From Blautia sp. (GTDB lineage: Bacteria; Bacillota; Clostridia; Lachnospirales; Lachnospiraceae), in NCBI GenBank assembly GCA_023663685.1, contig JAMPHB010000002.1, positions 64,709 to 128,708 on the forward strand: a stretch of 64,000 nt of DNA, in the 5' to 3' direction. This document shows positions 45,415 to 54,421 of this stretch, piece after piece (position 1 is the first letter of the stretch; each line of letters opens with the position of its first letter). The notes below the pieces were generated by a model. That model was not told the DNA's origin, ran no database searches, and saw only the letters and a program-made list of their open reading frames with translations. The position numbers were made by a program, and so were the translations under genes.

Positions 45415-46020
45415 CTAAATCCCCCTTCTCAGCCTTTCCAGATGCATCTCCTGCTCCATCTGCCTCATTACCCGCCCGGTGATCTTTCTTATGCTGCTTT
45501 CGGAAAGGCTCGTCGAGTCTGTGATTTTCTGGCGCAGCTCCGCAATCACACTCTCCTGAAGCTTTACCTGCCTCTCGATGGCAGAGATGAAATGCTTCGT
45601 GCCGGTAAGCTTTTCGATCTGCCGCTCCTGCCGCCTGCCATCCATCTCATAAAACTCCGAGGAGAGGATTTTCACCAGCTCTCTCTCCGCCTTTTTCGCG
45701 AGGTCGGGACGGCTCCCCCTGTTCACAAAAATATCCGCGATACTGCCGAGCACCAGAAACCTCCGGTCTGTGAGGCGGCGCTCGATGCCTTTTGTGATCC
45801 GCTGTGCCGCCATACTCCAGTTGAAAGACAGCATCGCACCGGACTTCACATAATTCTGCCATGTGTTGTAGAACGTCAGCAGCAGCTCATAGGAACTTTT
45901 CACGGCCTGCGGTCTTTTCTTAGGCGCCAGAAACACGAGGGATATGTCAAAACCCGCGCGCCCGAAGTCCGTGTATCTTTTTATGATGCTCCCGGCAAAG
46001 CCGCTGTCATTTACCAGCAT
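45415..46020 (-). CDS. eCIS hypothetical protein at the tape-measure position
   Basis: C-terminal ...VMRQME..MHLERLRRG motif, as recalled for eCIS proteins at this position; start refined to MLVNDS. Confidence 0.6.
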   Translation of the reverse strand: MLVNDSGFAGSIIKRYTDFGRAGFDISLVFLAPKKRPQAVKSSYELLLTFYNTWQNYVKSGAMLSFNWSMAAQRITKGIERRLTDRRFLVLGSIADIFVNRGSRPDLAKKAERELVKILSSEFYEMDGRRQERQIEKLTGTKHFISAIERQVKLQESVIAELRQKITDSTSLSESSIRKITGRVMRQMEQEMHLERLRRGI

Positions 46021-46051
46021 CCGCGCTCCTTTCCGGCCGGTTTTCCTGCCT

Positions 46052-46477
46052 CTAGCCCGAATAATGTATCCCGTCGTGGAGCAGCTCAAATTTCTCAATC
46101 AAAACAGAGCTCCCCATCGCATCGAGATCCGCCGCCTCCCACTTCGTCACGATGCCGTCCTCCACCCAGAATTTCCTCTTTGTCTGATTTCCCTGCGCAT
46201 CCAGCAGGATGATCGTCAGACTCGTCCCCAGCCGCATCCCGGGGCGCAGCTTAGAAAGCCAGCTCTCCTCGGGAAGAATCCCATGCTCTAAGACCAGCGG
46301 GGAATGTCTCTTGTGGGGCGCGGTCACAATGTGCGGTCCCTCGTTCCTGCCGCCCTCCGCGATCTCCTCATACTCCATGGCGTATGCAAGCCCGGAGATT
46401 TTTGAGAACCTCAGCCTGCTTCCATCCCCCTTACCCGTCACCACAAGAAACCGAAAGTCTGCTGCATACTCTGCCAT
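46052..46477 (-). CDS. T4 gp19-like tail tube protein (Afp5-like)
   Basis: FRF.V, FSKISGL, EGGRN, LVLEHG, KW...DLDA...V.IE..EL.H. Confidence 0.88.
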   Translation of the reverse strand: MAEYAADFRFLVVTGKGDGSRLRFSKISGLAYAMEYEEIAEGGRNEGPHIVTAPHKRHSPLVLEHGILPEESWLSKLRPGMRLGTSLTIILLDAQGNQTKRKFWVEDGIVTKWEAADLDAMGSSVLIEKFELLHDGIHYSG

Positions 46478-46486
46478 GCCTGCCTC

Positions 46487-46687
46487 CTACACATCAAAAA
46501 TATTTTGCGGCTCGTCATTGAGGGAGCGGTTGATCTTCGATATCTCCGAGCACCATCTCAGCCTGTCGAGATGGCTCATCGCCATAATCTCGTCGTGCGC
46601 CCAGTGCATATAGTAGGCGATGAACGCCGCCTCCTCATAGATTTTTTCCGCCGGATATACCTCTATTGCCCGGCCTCCATAAAATTT
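46487..46687 (-). CDS. DUF6760-like domain, probably the -1 frameshift extension of the upstream chaperone
   Basis: YEEAAFIAYYMHW..DEIM.M.H.DR.RW..EI..IN; no ATG start at the domain boundary. Confidence 0.75.
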   Translation of the reverse strand, partial: KFYGGRAIEVYPAEKIYEEAAFIAYYMHWAHDEIMAMSHLDRLRWCSEISKINRSLNDEPQNIFDV

Positions 46688-47034
46688 ATGGGCACATCTA
46701 CCTCCTGCCCGCAATGGGGACAGCTTCCCCTGTAGCAGGGGGACTCCATCCCGTTGATCCGCTGGTAGAGATCCTGCAGATACGCCAGATCCAGCGTGTA
46801 AAGATTCTCCACAATATGCGTGTCAATCCCCTGCAGGGAGCCCAGCCGCGTGACCACCCGTGCCAGCAGAATAATGGTCAGATACCCCGGATTCTGCTGC
46901 ACCCTCGGATCTTTTAAGGGCAGAATCTCGTCCGCCGCGTTCGCGAGACGCATCGAACCCTCCTTATGCATAATCCCCTCCCTATCCAGATAGCCTCTGG
47001 GCAGGACAAAATCGTACTCTGTCTGAAATGCCAT
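46663..47034 (-). CDS. Tail assembly chaperone (gp41/gpG-like)
   Basis: F.LPRGY.D..G..H..G.MRLA.A.DEI.P..DPRV..N; C-terminal CPHC. Confidence 0.85.
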   Translation of the reverse strand: MAFQTEYDFVLPRGYLDREGIMHKEGSMRLANAADEILPLKDPRVQQNPGYLTIILLARVVTRLGSLQGIDTHIVENLYTLDLAYLQDLYQRINGMESPCYRGSCPHCGQEVDVPINFMEAGQ

Positions 47035-47045
47035 ACTTTTTCTCC

Positions 47046-47471
47046 TTACGACTCTCTCGTCATTCCCTCATGCGCAATCTCCAGTGACTCCACCGCCACC
47101 TCCGAGGAGGTGGCATTGAACTCCGGCGCTGTGTACTTTAGGGGCCATGCGTTGATCACCCTCCAGGAGGCCGCAGCCTTCTCTGTTGCGTCTAAAAGTG
47201 TAATGGTAATGGTCTTTCTCTCCACCTCCCCGGTGACGCCCTTGTTCATCCAGTCGTAGAGCGCTTTTGAATCCGCCAGCCCCTTTTTTAGGGTGATATT
47301 TCCGTACTTTTTCAGTCCGGGAATTTTCATGGGAGTCTGCACCATATCCCCCTCTCTGTACTCCATCACGTCAATGGAGGCGTCAAAGCCCGTAACTTCC
47401 GAGAAACCGCCCGCTGTAAGGCCGTCAATCTCTACCTTGTACCGAAATCTGCCATATGGATATGCAGCCAT
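47046..47471 (-). CDS. Major tail tube protein, gp19-like (Afp1-like)
   Basis: F.VEIDG...GGFSEVTG, YREG, KIPGL.KY.NITLKKG, AWP.KY.AP. Confidence 0.95.
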   Translation of the reverse strand: MAAYPYGRFRYKVEIDGLTAGGFSEVTGFDASIDVMEYREGDMVQTPMKIPGLKKYGNITLKKGLADSKALYDWMNKGVTGEVERKTITITLLDATEKAAASWRVINAWPLKYTAPEFNATSSEVAVESLEIAHEGMTRES

Positions 47472-47495
47472 CTGTATCCTCCTTTTTCTCTGTCA

Positions 47496-49232
47496 TCACA
47501 ATGCATCTCCTGTCTTCTGAGAAATTCTAAAGATCACAAACTCGGCGGGCTTCACCGGCGCAACGCCGATCACGCAGATCAGCCGCCCGTTGTCAATGTC
47601 GTCCTGACTCATCGTCTCATGCCCGACATTGACGAAAAATGCCTCCTCCGGCGATGTCCCGGCCAGCGAGCCGTCCCGCCACATGCCCGTCAGGAAGACC
47701 TCGATCGTCCGCTTCACCCGCACCCAGAGCACCTCATCATTCGGCTCAAACACCGCCCAGTTGGTATTCGCCCTGATAGACTCCTCGATATAGATGAAAA
47801 GCCTTCGCACGTTGATGTATTTCCAGCTCGGATTGCTGGTGGCCGTCCTTGCCCCCCATACCCGGATTCCCATGCCCGGGAAGGAGCGGATCAGATTCAC
47901 GCCCTTCGGATTCAGTATATCCTGCTCCCCCTTGTTAAAAGCGCAGTCCAGCCCGACGCAGGCCCGCACTACCTCGTTGGCGGGCGCTTTGTGCACGCCC
48001 CTCGTATTGTCGCTTCTGGCGTAGACGCCCAGAATGGAGCCGGAGGGAGGAATTGCGATGTTGCGCTTGTCCAGCGGGTCAAAGACCGTCAGCCACGGGT
48101 GATAGAGCGCGCCGTACTCGGTGTCAAAAATATCCCTATGGGCAGTCACATCGTCAATTTTCTTCGCGTCCCGCGGCAGATCCAGCACAGCAAAACGGCT
48201 GGCCGTGTTCTCACAGTGAGCCACAAGCATAAGCTGCACGTTCGGGTCGGTGACGCCCGGTACGGCCATGAGAGATACATTGTCGTTGTCCAAAAAAGCC
48301 TGGATGCCGCTTCTCTTCCCCGCCCCGCCGTCAGTTCCGATAAACTCCGCCGCCGAGAGGGAATCCACGCTCCCGTTGCCTCCGCCTGCGAGTGCCACGG
48401 AGAGCACCGCCTTTTCCCCGTCATTTTCCGCCAGCGCAAGAAACGGTGCAACAGCCTCCTCCCCCTGCGGGGGGTCACAGCTCACCTTCACCAGCTCGGA
48501 CTTCGCCGTCTTTTTCTCAATATAGCCCGGCGCGTCAATATTGAAGGAGACATTCTCGTAGAGCTCCACCTGATCCTCCATGCGCACCTCGAAGCAAAAT
48601 TCGCAGGTGGAGATGGTTTTTGCGGGCAGCAGCTCCCGGTCAATGACGCTCTCGTCAAAATCCGTGGCAAACTCGATGATATTGTCCTGGCTTTTTACCA
48701 CGCGGTTGTAGCTCACGGCGGACTGGTCTGTGTACATGACGATATCCCCCGCCGCAAAGCCCGCGCCGTTCTTCACGCTGTAGCGCTTCCCCTGCGCCGT
48801 CTCTAAGATGTCGAGAATCTGTGTCTTTGCCTTGGAAGCGGGCGTAATGACAATGTTTACACTGTTTCCCCACAATCCCGGATTTTTCGCGGTGATTGTG
48901 AGAATCGGCGCGGCGGCCGGTATCGTCCCCACGGCGCATTTTGCGTCCTGCGGTGCGACCCTTGCGATAAACGCCCTCGCCCCGCCGTTGATGAAAAAGT
49001 GTTCCACCGCATAAGCCAGAAAGCGGTACTCCCCGAATTCATTTTCCGAAAGATAAGCGCCATATTTTCTCCGAAAATCCGCAAAATTCGTGACGAGCTG
49101 CGGCACGCCCTCCACAGCGCCCCGCTCCGCCAGTCCCACAAAGCCCGCCGTGCTTGTTCCGACTCCCTCCATGGGCTTGCCGCCGGATTCAAATTCTTCC
49201 ACATATACGCCCGGTGATAAATATTCTGCCAT
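47496..49232 (-). CDS. Contractile tail sheath protein
   Basis: YLSPGVYVEE, RGVHKAPAN, VWGART, YINVRR, VFEPN, APVKPAEFVIFRI. Confidence 0.97.
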   Translation of the reverse strand: MAEYLSPGVYVEEFESGGKPMEGVGTSTAGFVGLAERGAVEGVPQLVTNFADFRRKYGAYLSENEFGEYRFLAYAVEHFFINGGARAFIARVAPQDAKCAVGTIPAAAPILTITAKNPGLWGNSVNIVITPASKAKTQILDILETAQGKRYSVKNGAGFAAGDIVMYTDQSAVSYNRVVKSQDNIIEFATDFDESVIDRELLPAKTISTCEFCFEVRMEDQVELYENVSFNIDAPGYIEKKTAKSELVKVSCDPPQGEEAVAPFLALAENDGEKAVLSVALAGGGNGSVDSLSAAEFIGTDGGAGKRSGIQAFLDNDNVSLMAVPGVTDPNVQLMLVAHCENTASRFAVLDLPRDAKKIDDVTAHRDIFDTEYGALYHPWLTVFDPLDKRNIAIPPSGSILGVYARSDNTRGVHKAPANEVVRACVGLDCAFNKGEQDILNPKGVNLIRSFPGMGIRVWGARTATSNPSWKYINVRRLFIYIEESIRANTNWAVFEPNDEVLWVRVKRTIEVFLTGMWRDGSLAGTSPEEAFFVNVGHETMSQDDIDNGRLICVIGVAPVKPAEFVIFRISQKTGDAL

Positions 49233-49307
49233 ATATCTTCCCGGCTTCCCCTCTGTACCGGAAACCGGTGCCCCCTTTCTTTTGATGTGTAAGGTTCATT
49301 CGACCAT

Positions 49308-49342
49308 ATTCTACAAAATACGACTTAACAAATCCTTAACAA
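49308..49342 (-). promoter_or_regulatory. Putative SARP-dependent promoter of the eCIS operon
   Basis: Direct repeat TTGTTAAG x2 with 11-bp period (49324-49331, 49335-49342), 10 bp upstream of TAGAAT (49308-49313); no consensus -35. Confidence 0.55.
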
Positions 49343-51220
49343 TTATGTTCTATCAGTTATATTTTGCACATAATAGTCAAAACTGTGCAAAAGCCTCTGC
49401 CCCAGCTCCTCCTCACAGCTCTCCTTAAGCCTCTCATAACGCCTGCGCGCACCAGCGATATCCTGACACGCAATCAGGCATTCCATGAGGCTCTCTGCCA
49501 GCGGCACATTGTAGCAGTCGAGCTGCGAGGCTCTTATCAGATATTCCGCGGCCTCCCCGTAGGCGCCACGCTTTACCTCCCGCTTTGCAAGCAGCTCCAG
49601 AAAAGCGACATATTCCCGCTCCACCTGCTCCGGGTATCCCTCCAGCCAGAGATAATCCTCCCCGTACATGTAGCCTCTGCGGTAGAGGCAAAGCAGCGCC
49701 TCCCCGCGCGCCTGCGGCTCCCCTCCGCTTTGCACAAGCCTCTCCCACATGCGAAGCATCTGCAGATCCGAGGCGATATCCTGCATATGCAGGGAATAAC
49801 ACTGGTTTTTCACCACCAGCACTGACGCCGCCCCCGCCTGCAGCAGGGCACGGCGCAAATAGGACACCGTCGTGTGAAACAGAATTGCCGCCTTCTCCGG
49901 CGGTTTTTCCGGCCACAGCCGCTCCATGAGAATATCCCGCCCCACGCCTCTCCCCTCCTCGTGGAAAAGGCAGGCAAACAGCTCCTTGGTCTTTTTTGTG
50001 CGCCAGAGAAGCTCCCCGTCCTCTCCCCGCACGGACAGGCCGCCCAGACATGCCACCGACAAAAGAGGGCTCCTCCGCGCGCCTGCCATTGCAGGCTGCG
50101 CAGGCACAGGTTCACCCTTTGCGGCACGGTACTCGGAGGCTCTTTGCAGTATGCGCTCCCTCCGCTCCTGCTCCACCCGGCTTTGCAGGAATTCTAAAAA
50201 GGCCGGGTGATAGCAGTAACGGCGCTCTCCCGGAAGGCGCGACAAAAAAAGCTGTTCCCGCACAAGATACTCCAGCATGTTCTCTGCATCCCTCCTGCCG
50301 GTCGCATAGCCGCAGACCGCGGGTTCAATCACAGAAAAGACAGAGGAGTCCTGCATGAACATCTGGGTGTCACACGCCAGCTTCCGATAGATTTCATAGA
50401 AGATATAGCCGTACAGATGTGTCCGGTCAAAAAGAACAGCGTCCGCTCCGCGCAGCTGCGTCCTGCCAGAAAGCTCTGTGCTCTCTTCCGCCCGCAGCTC
50501 CAGCCCTGCAAACACCACCGCCGCCGCCCAGCCGCAGGTATATTCCTGTACCTGCTCTTTCACATGCTCCGGCAGCGCATTCCCGGCGAGCTGATTGAGC
50601 AAACGCCCGGTCTCCGCCGAATCAAGCCGCAGCTCCCCCGCCCCAATTTTCCTCACCATCCCCTGCAGGAGCCCCGCGTTCAAAAAGCCCGGAAATCCGC
50701 CCCGCACGGCAAGAAGAATGCGCACCCTTCCCGCACCGCACTCGCAGAGCCGGAGCAGAAAATCAAAGATGATTTCATTTGTAATCACTTGGAAATTGTC
50801 CAGACAGATGTGAAGCCCTCCCTCTGGAAGAATAGAAAAGAAACGGGCAAGAAAGCGTTCCCCGGATTCCGCAGGATTCTGCCCCGCCGCTGCCGCTTCG
50901 CCCGGTACTGAAATATCGAAAAATGCCGTCTCCTGCACGGCATGGGAAATGGACGCCGCCATAGCGCAAAGAAACTGTATAAAATCATTGTCAGCCTCAC
51001 AGAGACTAAGCCAGCAGCACTGCTCTCTGTGACTGTTCGCGTACTCTGCCATCACTGTCGTCTTGCCAAAGCCCGCGCCCGCATACAGCACAACGAATGC
51101 CTCCCCGGTTCTAAAGCATTCCAAAAGCCGCCCCCTCCGAATCAGCTTTCGCTTCTCTTTCGGAATCTGTATCCGGTTCGCCACCCAGGGGTATCTGTCT
51201 GTCCATCTTCTCTCGCCCAA
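49343..51220 (-). CDS. MalT-like STAND ATPase fused to a SARP (wHTH+BTAD) activator
   Basis: AGAGFGKTT, WLSL.E.DN, LDNFQ, GWAAA; C-terminal WRTKKTKELFA.L, LWPE, LY.RGY...EDY.W. Confidence 0.85.
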   Translation of the reverse strand: MGERRWTDRYPWVANRIQIPKEKRKLIRRGRLLECFRTGEAFVVLYAGAGFGKTTVMAEYANSHREQCCWLSLCEADNDFIQFLCAMAASISHAVQETAFFDISVPGEAAAAGQNPAESGERFLARFFSILPEGGLHICLDNFQVITNEIIFDFLLRLCECGAGRVRILLAVRGGFPGFLNAGLLQGMVRKIGAGELRLDSAETGRLLNQLAGNALPEHVKEQVQEYTCGWAAAVVFAGLELRAEESTELSGRTQLRGADAVLFDRTHLYGYIFYEIYRKLACDTQMFMQDSSVFSVIEPAVCGYATGRRDAENMLEYLVREQLFLSRLPGERRYCYHPAFLEFLQSRVEQERRERILQRASEYRAAKGEPVPAQPAMAGARRSPLLSVACLGGLSVRGEDGELLWRTKKTKELFACLFHEEGRGVGRDILMERLWPEKPPEKAAILFHTTVSYLRRALLQAGAASVLVVKNQCYSLHMQDIASDLQMLRMWERLVQSGGEPQARGEALLCLYRRGYMYGEDYLWLEGYPEQVEREYVAFLELLAKREVKRGAYGEAAEYLIRASQLDCYNVPLAESLMECLIACQDIAGARRRYERLKESCEEELGQRLLHSFDYYVQNITDRT

Positions 51221-51412
51221 TTTTATTCCTTCTGCTTTCTTTTGTATTATTAAAACTAAATTTTATTTCTATATCTATTCTAACATATTTCTAAAACAAA
51301 AGGCTGGTTATTTTTGCCAGAATGTCCACAATTATTTGCCAGATTCCACTCATTCATGCTAAAATATGGGAAAAGCACATAAATGCAGATACAATCAACA
51401 AGGGGGACTGCC

Positions 51413-52666
51413 ATGAAGACAGCGGGAATCATCGCAGAATACGATCCGTTTCACAACGGGCATCGCTATCAAATCGAAAAAGCGCGGGAGGAGACCGGCG
51501 CGGACTATATCGTCATTGCCATGAGCGGCGATTTCCTCCAGAGGGGAAAGCCCGCCATTCTGGACAAGCACACCCGGGCAAAGATGGCGCTTTGCGGCGG
51601 GGCGGATCTGGTGCTGGAGCTACCCGCCGCCTGCGCCACCGGATCTGCGGAATACTTTGCCGCAGGCGGTGTTTCCCTCCTCGGTGCAACAGGCGTCGTC
51701 GATACCGTCTGCTACGGCATGGAATCGCATTCCCCCGTGCTTTTGGCAGATCTTTCCGCCGTCCTTGCCCACCCCTCCCAAAAGTTTGAGGCGCATCTTA
51801 GCTCCCTCATTAAAAAGGGCAGGACTTATCCGCAGGCGAGGCAGGAGGCGCTTCTGGCAGCGCTTCCACAGTATCCCGGGGCAGAGCTTTCCGCCTTTCT
51901 TTCCGCCCCCAACAACCTTCTTTCGCTGGAGTACGAAAAGGCCATTGTAAACTGGAATGAAAGGGAACATCCGCCCCTGCGGGGGCTTGGAATCCTGCGG
52001 GTGGGCGACGGCTACCACGAGAGTGAAATCCATTCCTCCTATGCCTCCGCTACCGCAATCCGCAGACTGCTGGAGAGCCCGCAGGGCGAAATTTCCAGCA
52101 TCTCCGGCGAACTGGCTCCCCTGCTGCCCGCGCACAGCCTCTCTCTGCTTACAGAGGCCGCAGAGTCAAATCTGCTCCTGAATGCCGGCGATTTTTCCGC
52201 TGCCCTCTATGCCCGTCTCCTCTCGGAGCGGACATACGGCTTCACAAAATACGCAGACTGCACGGAGGCGCTGTCCCGGCGCATCTGCAGCCATTTGCAG
52301 GAATATGTTTCCTTCCCACAGTTTGCAGGGCTCCTAAAGACCAGAGAGGTGACCCTCACGCGGATTAACCGGGTGCTCACCCACATCTTACTTGGCATCC
52401 AAAAGGAGAACTGCAGACAGCCCGTCTCCTATCTGAGGGTTCTTGGCTTCAACCGCCGCGCCGAGCCCCTTCTGTCTGCCATCAGCAAAAAAGCATCCGC
52501 TCCCCTTCTGACAAAGGTCGCAGATGCTTGTCATATTCTGTCTGTACACGCTATGGACACACTCCGGCAGGATATTGACGCGGCGGATCTCTACCAGGGA
52601 ATCGCCCGCATCAAAAGCGGAAAAATCCTCGGCAACGAGTACAACACACCTATTATAATTCCATAA
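51413..52666 (+). CDS. tmcAL: tRNA(Met) cytidine acetate ligase (HIGH nucleotidyltransferase)
   Basis: GIIAEYDPFHNGH, MSGDFLQRG, GADLVLELP, PNNLL..EY, SATAIR. Confidence 0.88.
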   Translation: MKTAGIIAEYDPFHNGHRYQIEKAREETGADYIVIAMSGDFLQRGKPAILDKHTRAKMALCGGADLVLELPAACATGSAEYFAAGGVSLLGATGVVDTVCYGMESHSPVLLADLSAVLAHPSQKFEAHLSSLIKKGRTYPQARQEALLAALPQYPGAELSAFLSAPNNLLSLEYEKAIVNWNEREHPPLRGLGILRVGDGYHESEIHSSYASATAIRRLLESPQGEISSISGELAPLLPAHSLSLLTEAAESNLLLNAGDFSAALYARLLSERTYGFTKYADCTEALSRRICSHLQEYVSFPQFAGLLKTREVTLTRINRVLTHILLGIQKENCRQPVSYLRVLGFNRRAEPLLSAISKKASAPLLTKVADACHILSVHAMDTLRQDIDAADLYQGIARIKSGKILGNEYNTPIIIP

Positions 52667-53786
52667 TAATCTCTCTCGCCAGCTCCTCCTCAATGGGCTT
52701 TGCGTACACGCCGGGCGTAAATTCCATCACGTCCCCGATTCCCTTCTGGAGCACAAAGCGCAACCTGCCGTCCCGCACCTTTTTGTCGGTGTAGAGCTTT
52801 TTGACAAGAGCCTCCCGGTCTATGTAGCCCGGAATCTTTGTGGGGAGCCCGGTGCGCTTGTATAACGCCGTCACCCTTGCTGCCTCCTCCTCCGACATGT
52901 AGCCCAGTCTCGCAGACAAGAGCACCTGCGCCGCCATACCGATGGAGACTGCCTCCCCGTGGAGCAGACGGTAATCGCTGACCGTCTCAATGGCGCGCCC
53001 CACCGTGTGGCCGAGATTTAAAATTTCTCTCAGGCCGCTCTCCCTCTCGTCCTTTGTCACCACCGAGTATTTAATCTTACAGTTATTCTCCGCAATGTAC
53101 TCGCAGGCAAACCTCTGAAAGTTCAGGATATCATCCAGATTCTCCTCGATAAACTCAAACATATCATAGCTCGCCAGGCAGGCGTGCTTGATCGTCTCGC
53201 TCATCCCGCTGACAATCTCCCGCTGGGGCAGCGTCTTCCATGTATCAATATCAATATACACCTTCTTCGGCTGGTTGAAAATTCCAATCAGGTTGGTCGC
53301 CAGCGGCGTATCCACAGCGGTCTTCCCCCCCACAGAGGCGTCCGCCGCCGCCAGCAGCGTCGTGGCATAGTTGACAAAGGGCACGCCCCGGCCAAAGGTT
53401 CCCGCCAGAAAGCCCGCCAGATCCGTGACCACGCCGCCTCCCACCGCGACGATTGCACAGTCCCTGCGGTAGCCCTTCTCGAGCATGGCGTCCTCGATGC
53501 GCGCCTTCGTCTGTCTGGTCTTGGATTTCTCCCCTGCGGGAAACACGAACAGATCCACTTTAAAGCCCGCCTGCACCAGCCTCTCACAGACCGGCCTTGC
53601 ATACAGGTCGCGGACATTGTTATCGGTAATCACCGCGAGTTTTTTTACTGTCCCGACAAGTCCGGTCTCTAAATCCCCGACCAGATGATCCATCAGGCCG
53701 TAGCCGATCTCGATCTCGTAGCTGTCGTCCACTACTTTTTTTAATTCTACATTAAATATACTCACGCCGTACCTCTCCCGTCTCAT
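52653..53786 (-). CDS. aroB: 3-dehydroquinate synthase
   Basis: GEKSK, GGGVVTDLAGF, TTLLA..DASVGGKT, LNLGHTVG, HGEAV; start uncertain. Confidence 0.9.
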   Translation of the reverse strand: MRRERYGVSIFNVELKKVVDDSYEIEIGYGLMDHLVGDLETGLVGTVKKLAVITDNNVRDLYARPVCERLVQAGFKVDLFVFPAGEKSKTRQTKARIEDAMLEKGYRRDCAIVAVGGGVVTDLAGFLAGTFGRGVPFVNYATTLLAAADASVGGKTAVDTPLATNLIGIFNQPKKVYIDIDTWKTLPQREIVSGMSETIKHACLASYDMFEFIEENLDDILNFQRFACEYIAENNCKIKYSVVTKDERESGLREILNLGHTVGRAIETVSDYRLLHGEAVSIGMAAQVLLSARLGYMSEEEAARVTALYKRTGLPTKIPGYIDREALVKKLYTDKKVRDGRLRFVLQKGIGDVMEFTPGVYAKPIEEELAREIIMEL

Positions 53787-54415
53787 CTTTTGGATTCGAT
53801 TCCTACCGCTTCCCTGGCCAGCCGGTCCGCCTCCTCGTTGCCCTCTATCCCGGCGTGCCCCTTCACCTTAACAAAGGAAATCGCCAGCTTCTCTCGAATG
53901 CCCTGCACAAAATCGTAATATTCTTTTGTGCCACGCTTATTGCGCTTCCATGCTCCGGTGGCCCACATCTCGATGCCCATATAGTCGTAGTAGATAGTGA
54001 GCTCCTTCATGCCGAGCTCCAGCGCCTTTTCCATGGCGGCCATACTGCCCGCCACCTCTCCGGCCACATTGCGCATCCCGGCAAGCTCCGGGTCTTCCCC
54101 GCAGCCCTTTAGCACATAACGCCTGCCATTCGACACCAGAAAGCCGCCGTATCCGTACATCCTGCTCTTTGCATTGTAGGAGCCGTCCACAAACGCATAG
54201 TCCGTCACGGCATCCCCTGCCCCGGCAGGCGCAAGGGAATCAGCCCCTGCTGCTTCCGGGGCATGGGATAAGGCAAAGGCCGCCGCCTCCTCCTGCGTGG
54301 GAAAGCTCTTATAGACCGCCCCCGGGAAACCGTGCACCTGATTTTTGCATTCCTCCCATGTCCGGTAGACGCCCGGCGTCTTTCCCTTTTTTACCGCATA
54401 ATATTTTTCTGCCAT
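53783..54415 (-). CDS. rnhA: Ribonuclease HI with N-terminal hybrid-binding domain
   Basis: KYYAVKKG..PG.Y.TWEEC; FVDGS, RNVAGE, KVKGH.G..GNEEAD. Confidence 0.9.
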   Translation of the reverse strand: MAEKYYAVKKGKTPGVYRTWEECKNQVHGFPGAVYKSFPTQEEAAAFALSHAPEAAGADSLAPAGAGDAVTDYAFVDGSYNAKSRMYGYGGFLVSNGRRYVLKGCGEDPELAGMRNVAGEVAGSMAAMEKALELGMKELTIYYDYMGIEMWATGAWKRNKRGTKEYYDFVQGIREKLAISFVKVKGHAGIEGNEEADRLAREAVGIESKR

Positions 54416-54421
54416 AAGCCA

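Larger units (their letters stand above)
26182..51220 (-). other. Extracellular contractile injection system (eCIS, Afp/PVC-like) locus with regulator, membrane module and cargo
   Basis: Co-oriented, tightly coupled sheath, tubes, baseplate, spike, Pvc16, Afp15 ATPase and DUF4157 genes; no capsid, portal or terminase genes. Confidence 0.93.

Noticed and set aside
26182-49232. Prophage or T6SS reading of the tail genes
   Set aside because: No capsid, portal, terminase or replication genes, and no TssJLM/ClpV; Pvc16, Afp15 and DUF4157 point to an eCIS
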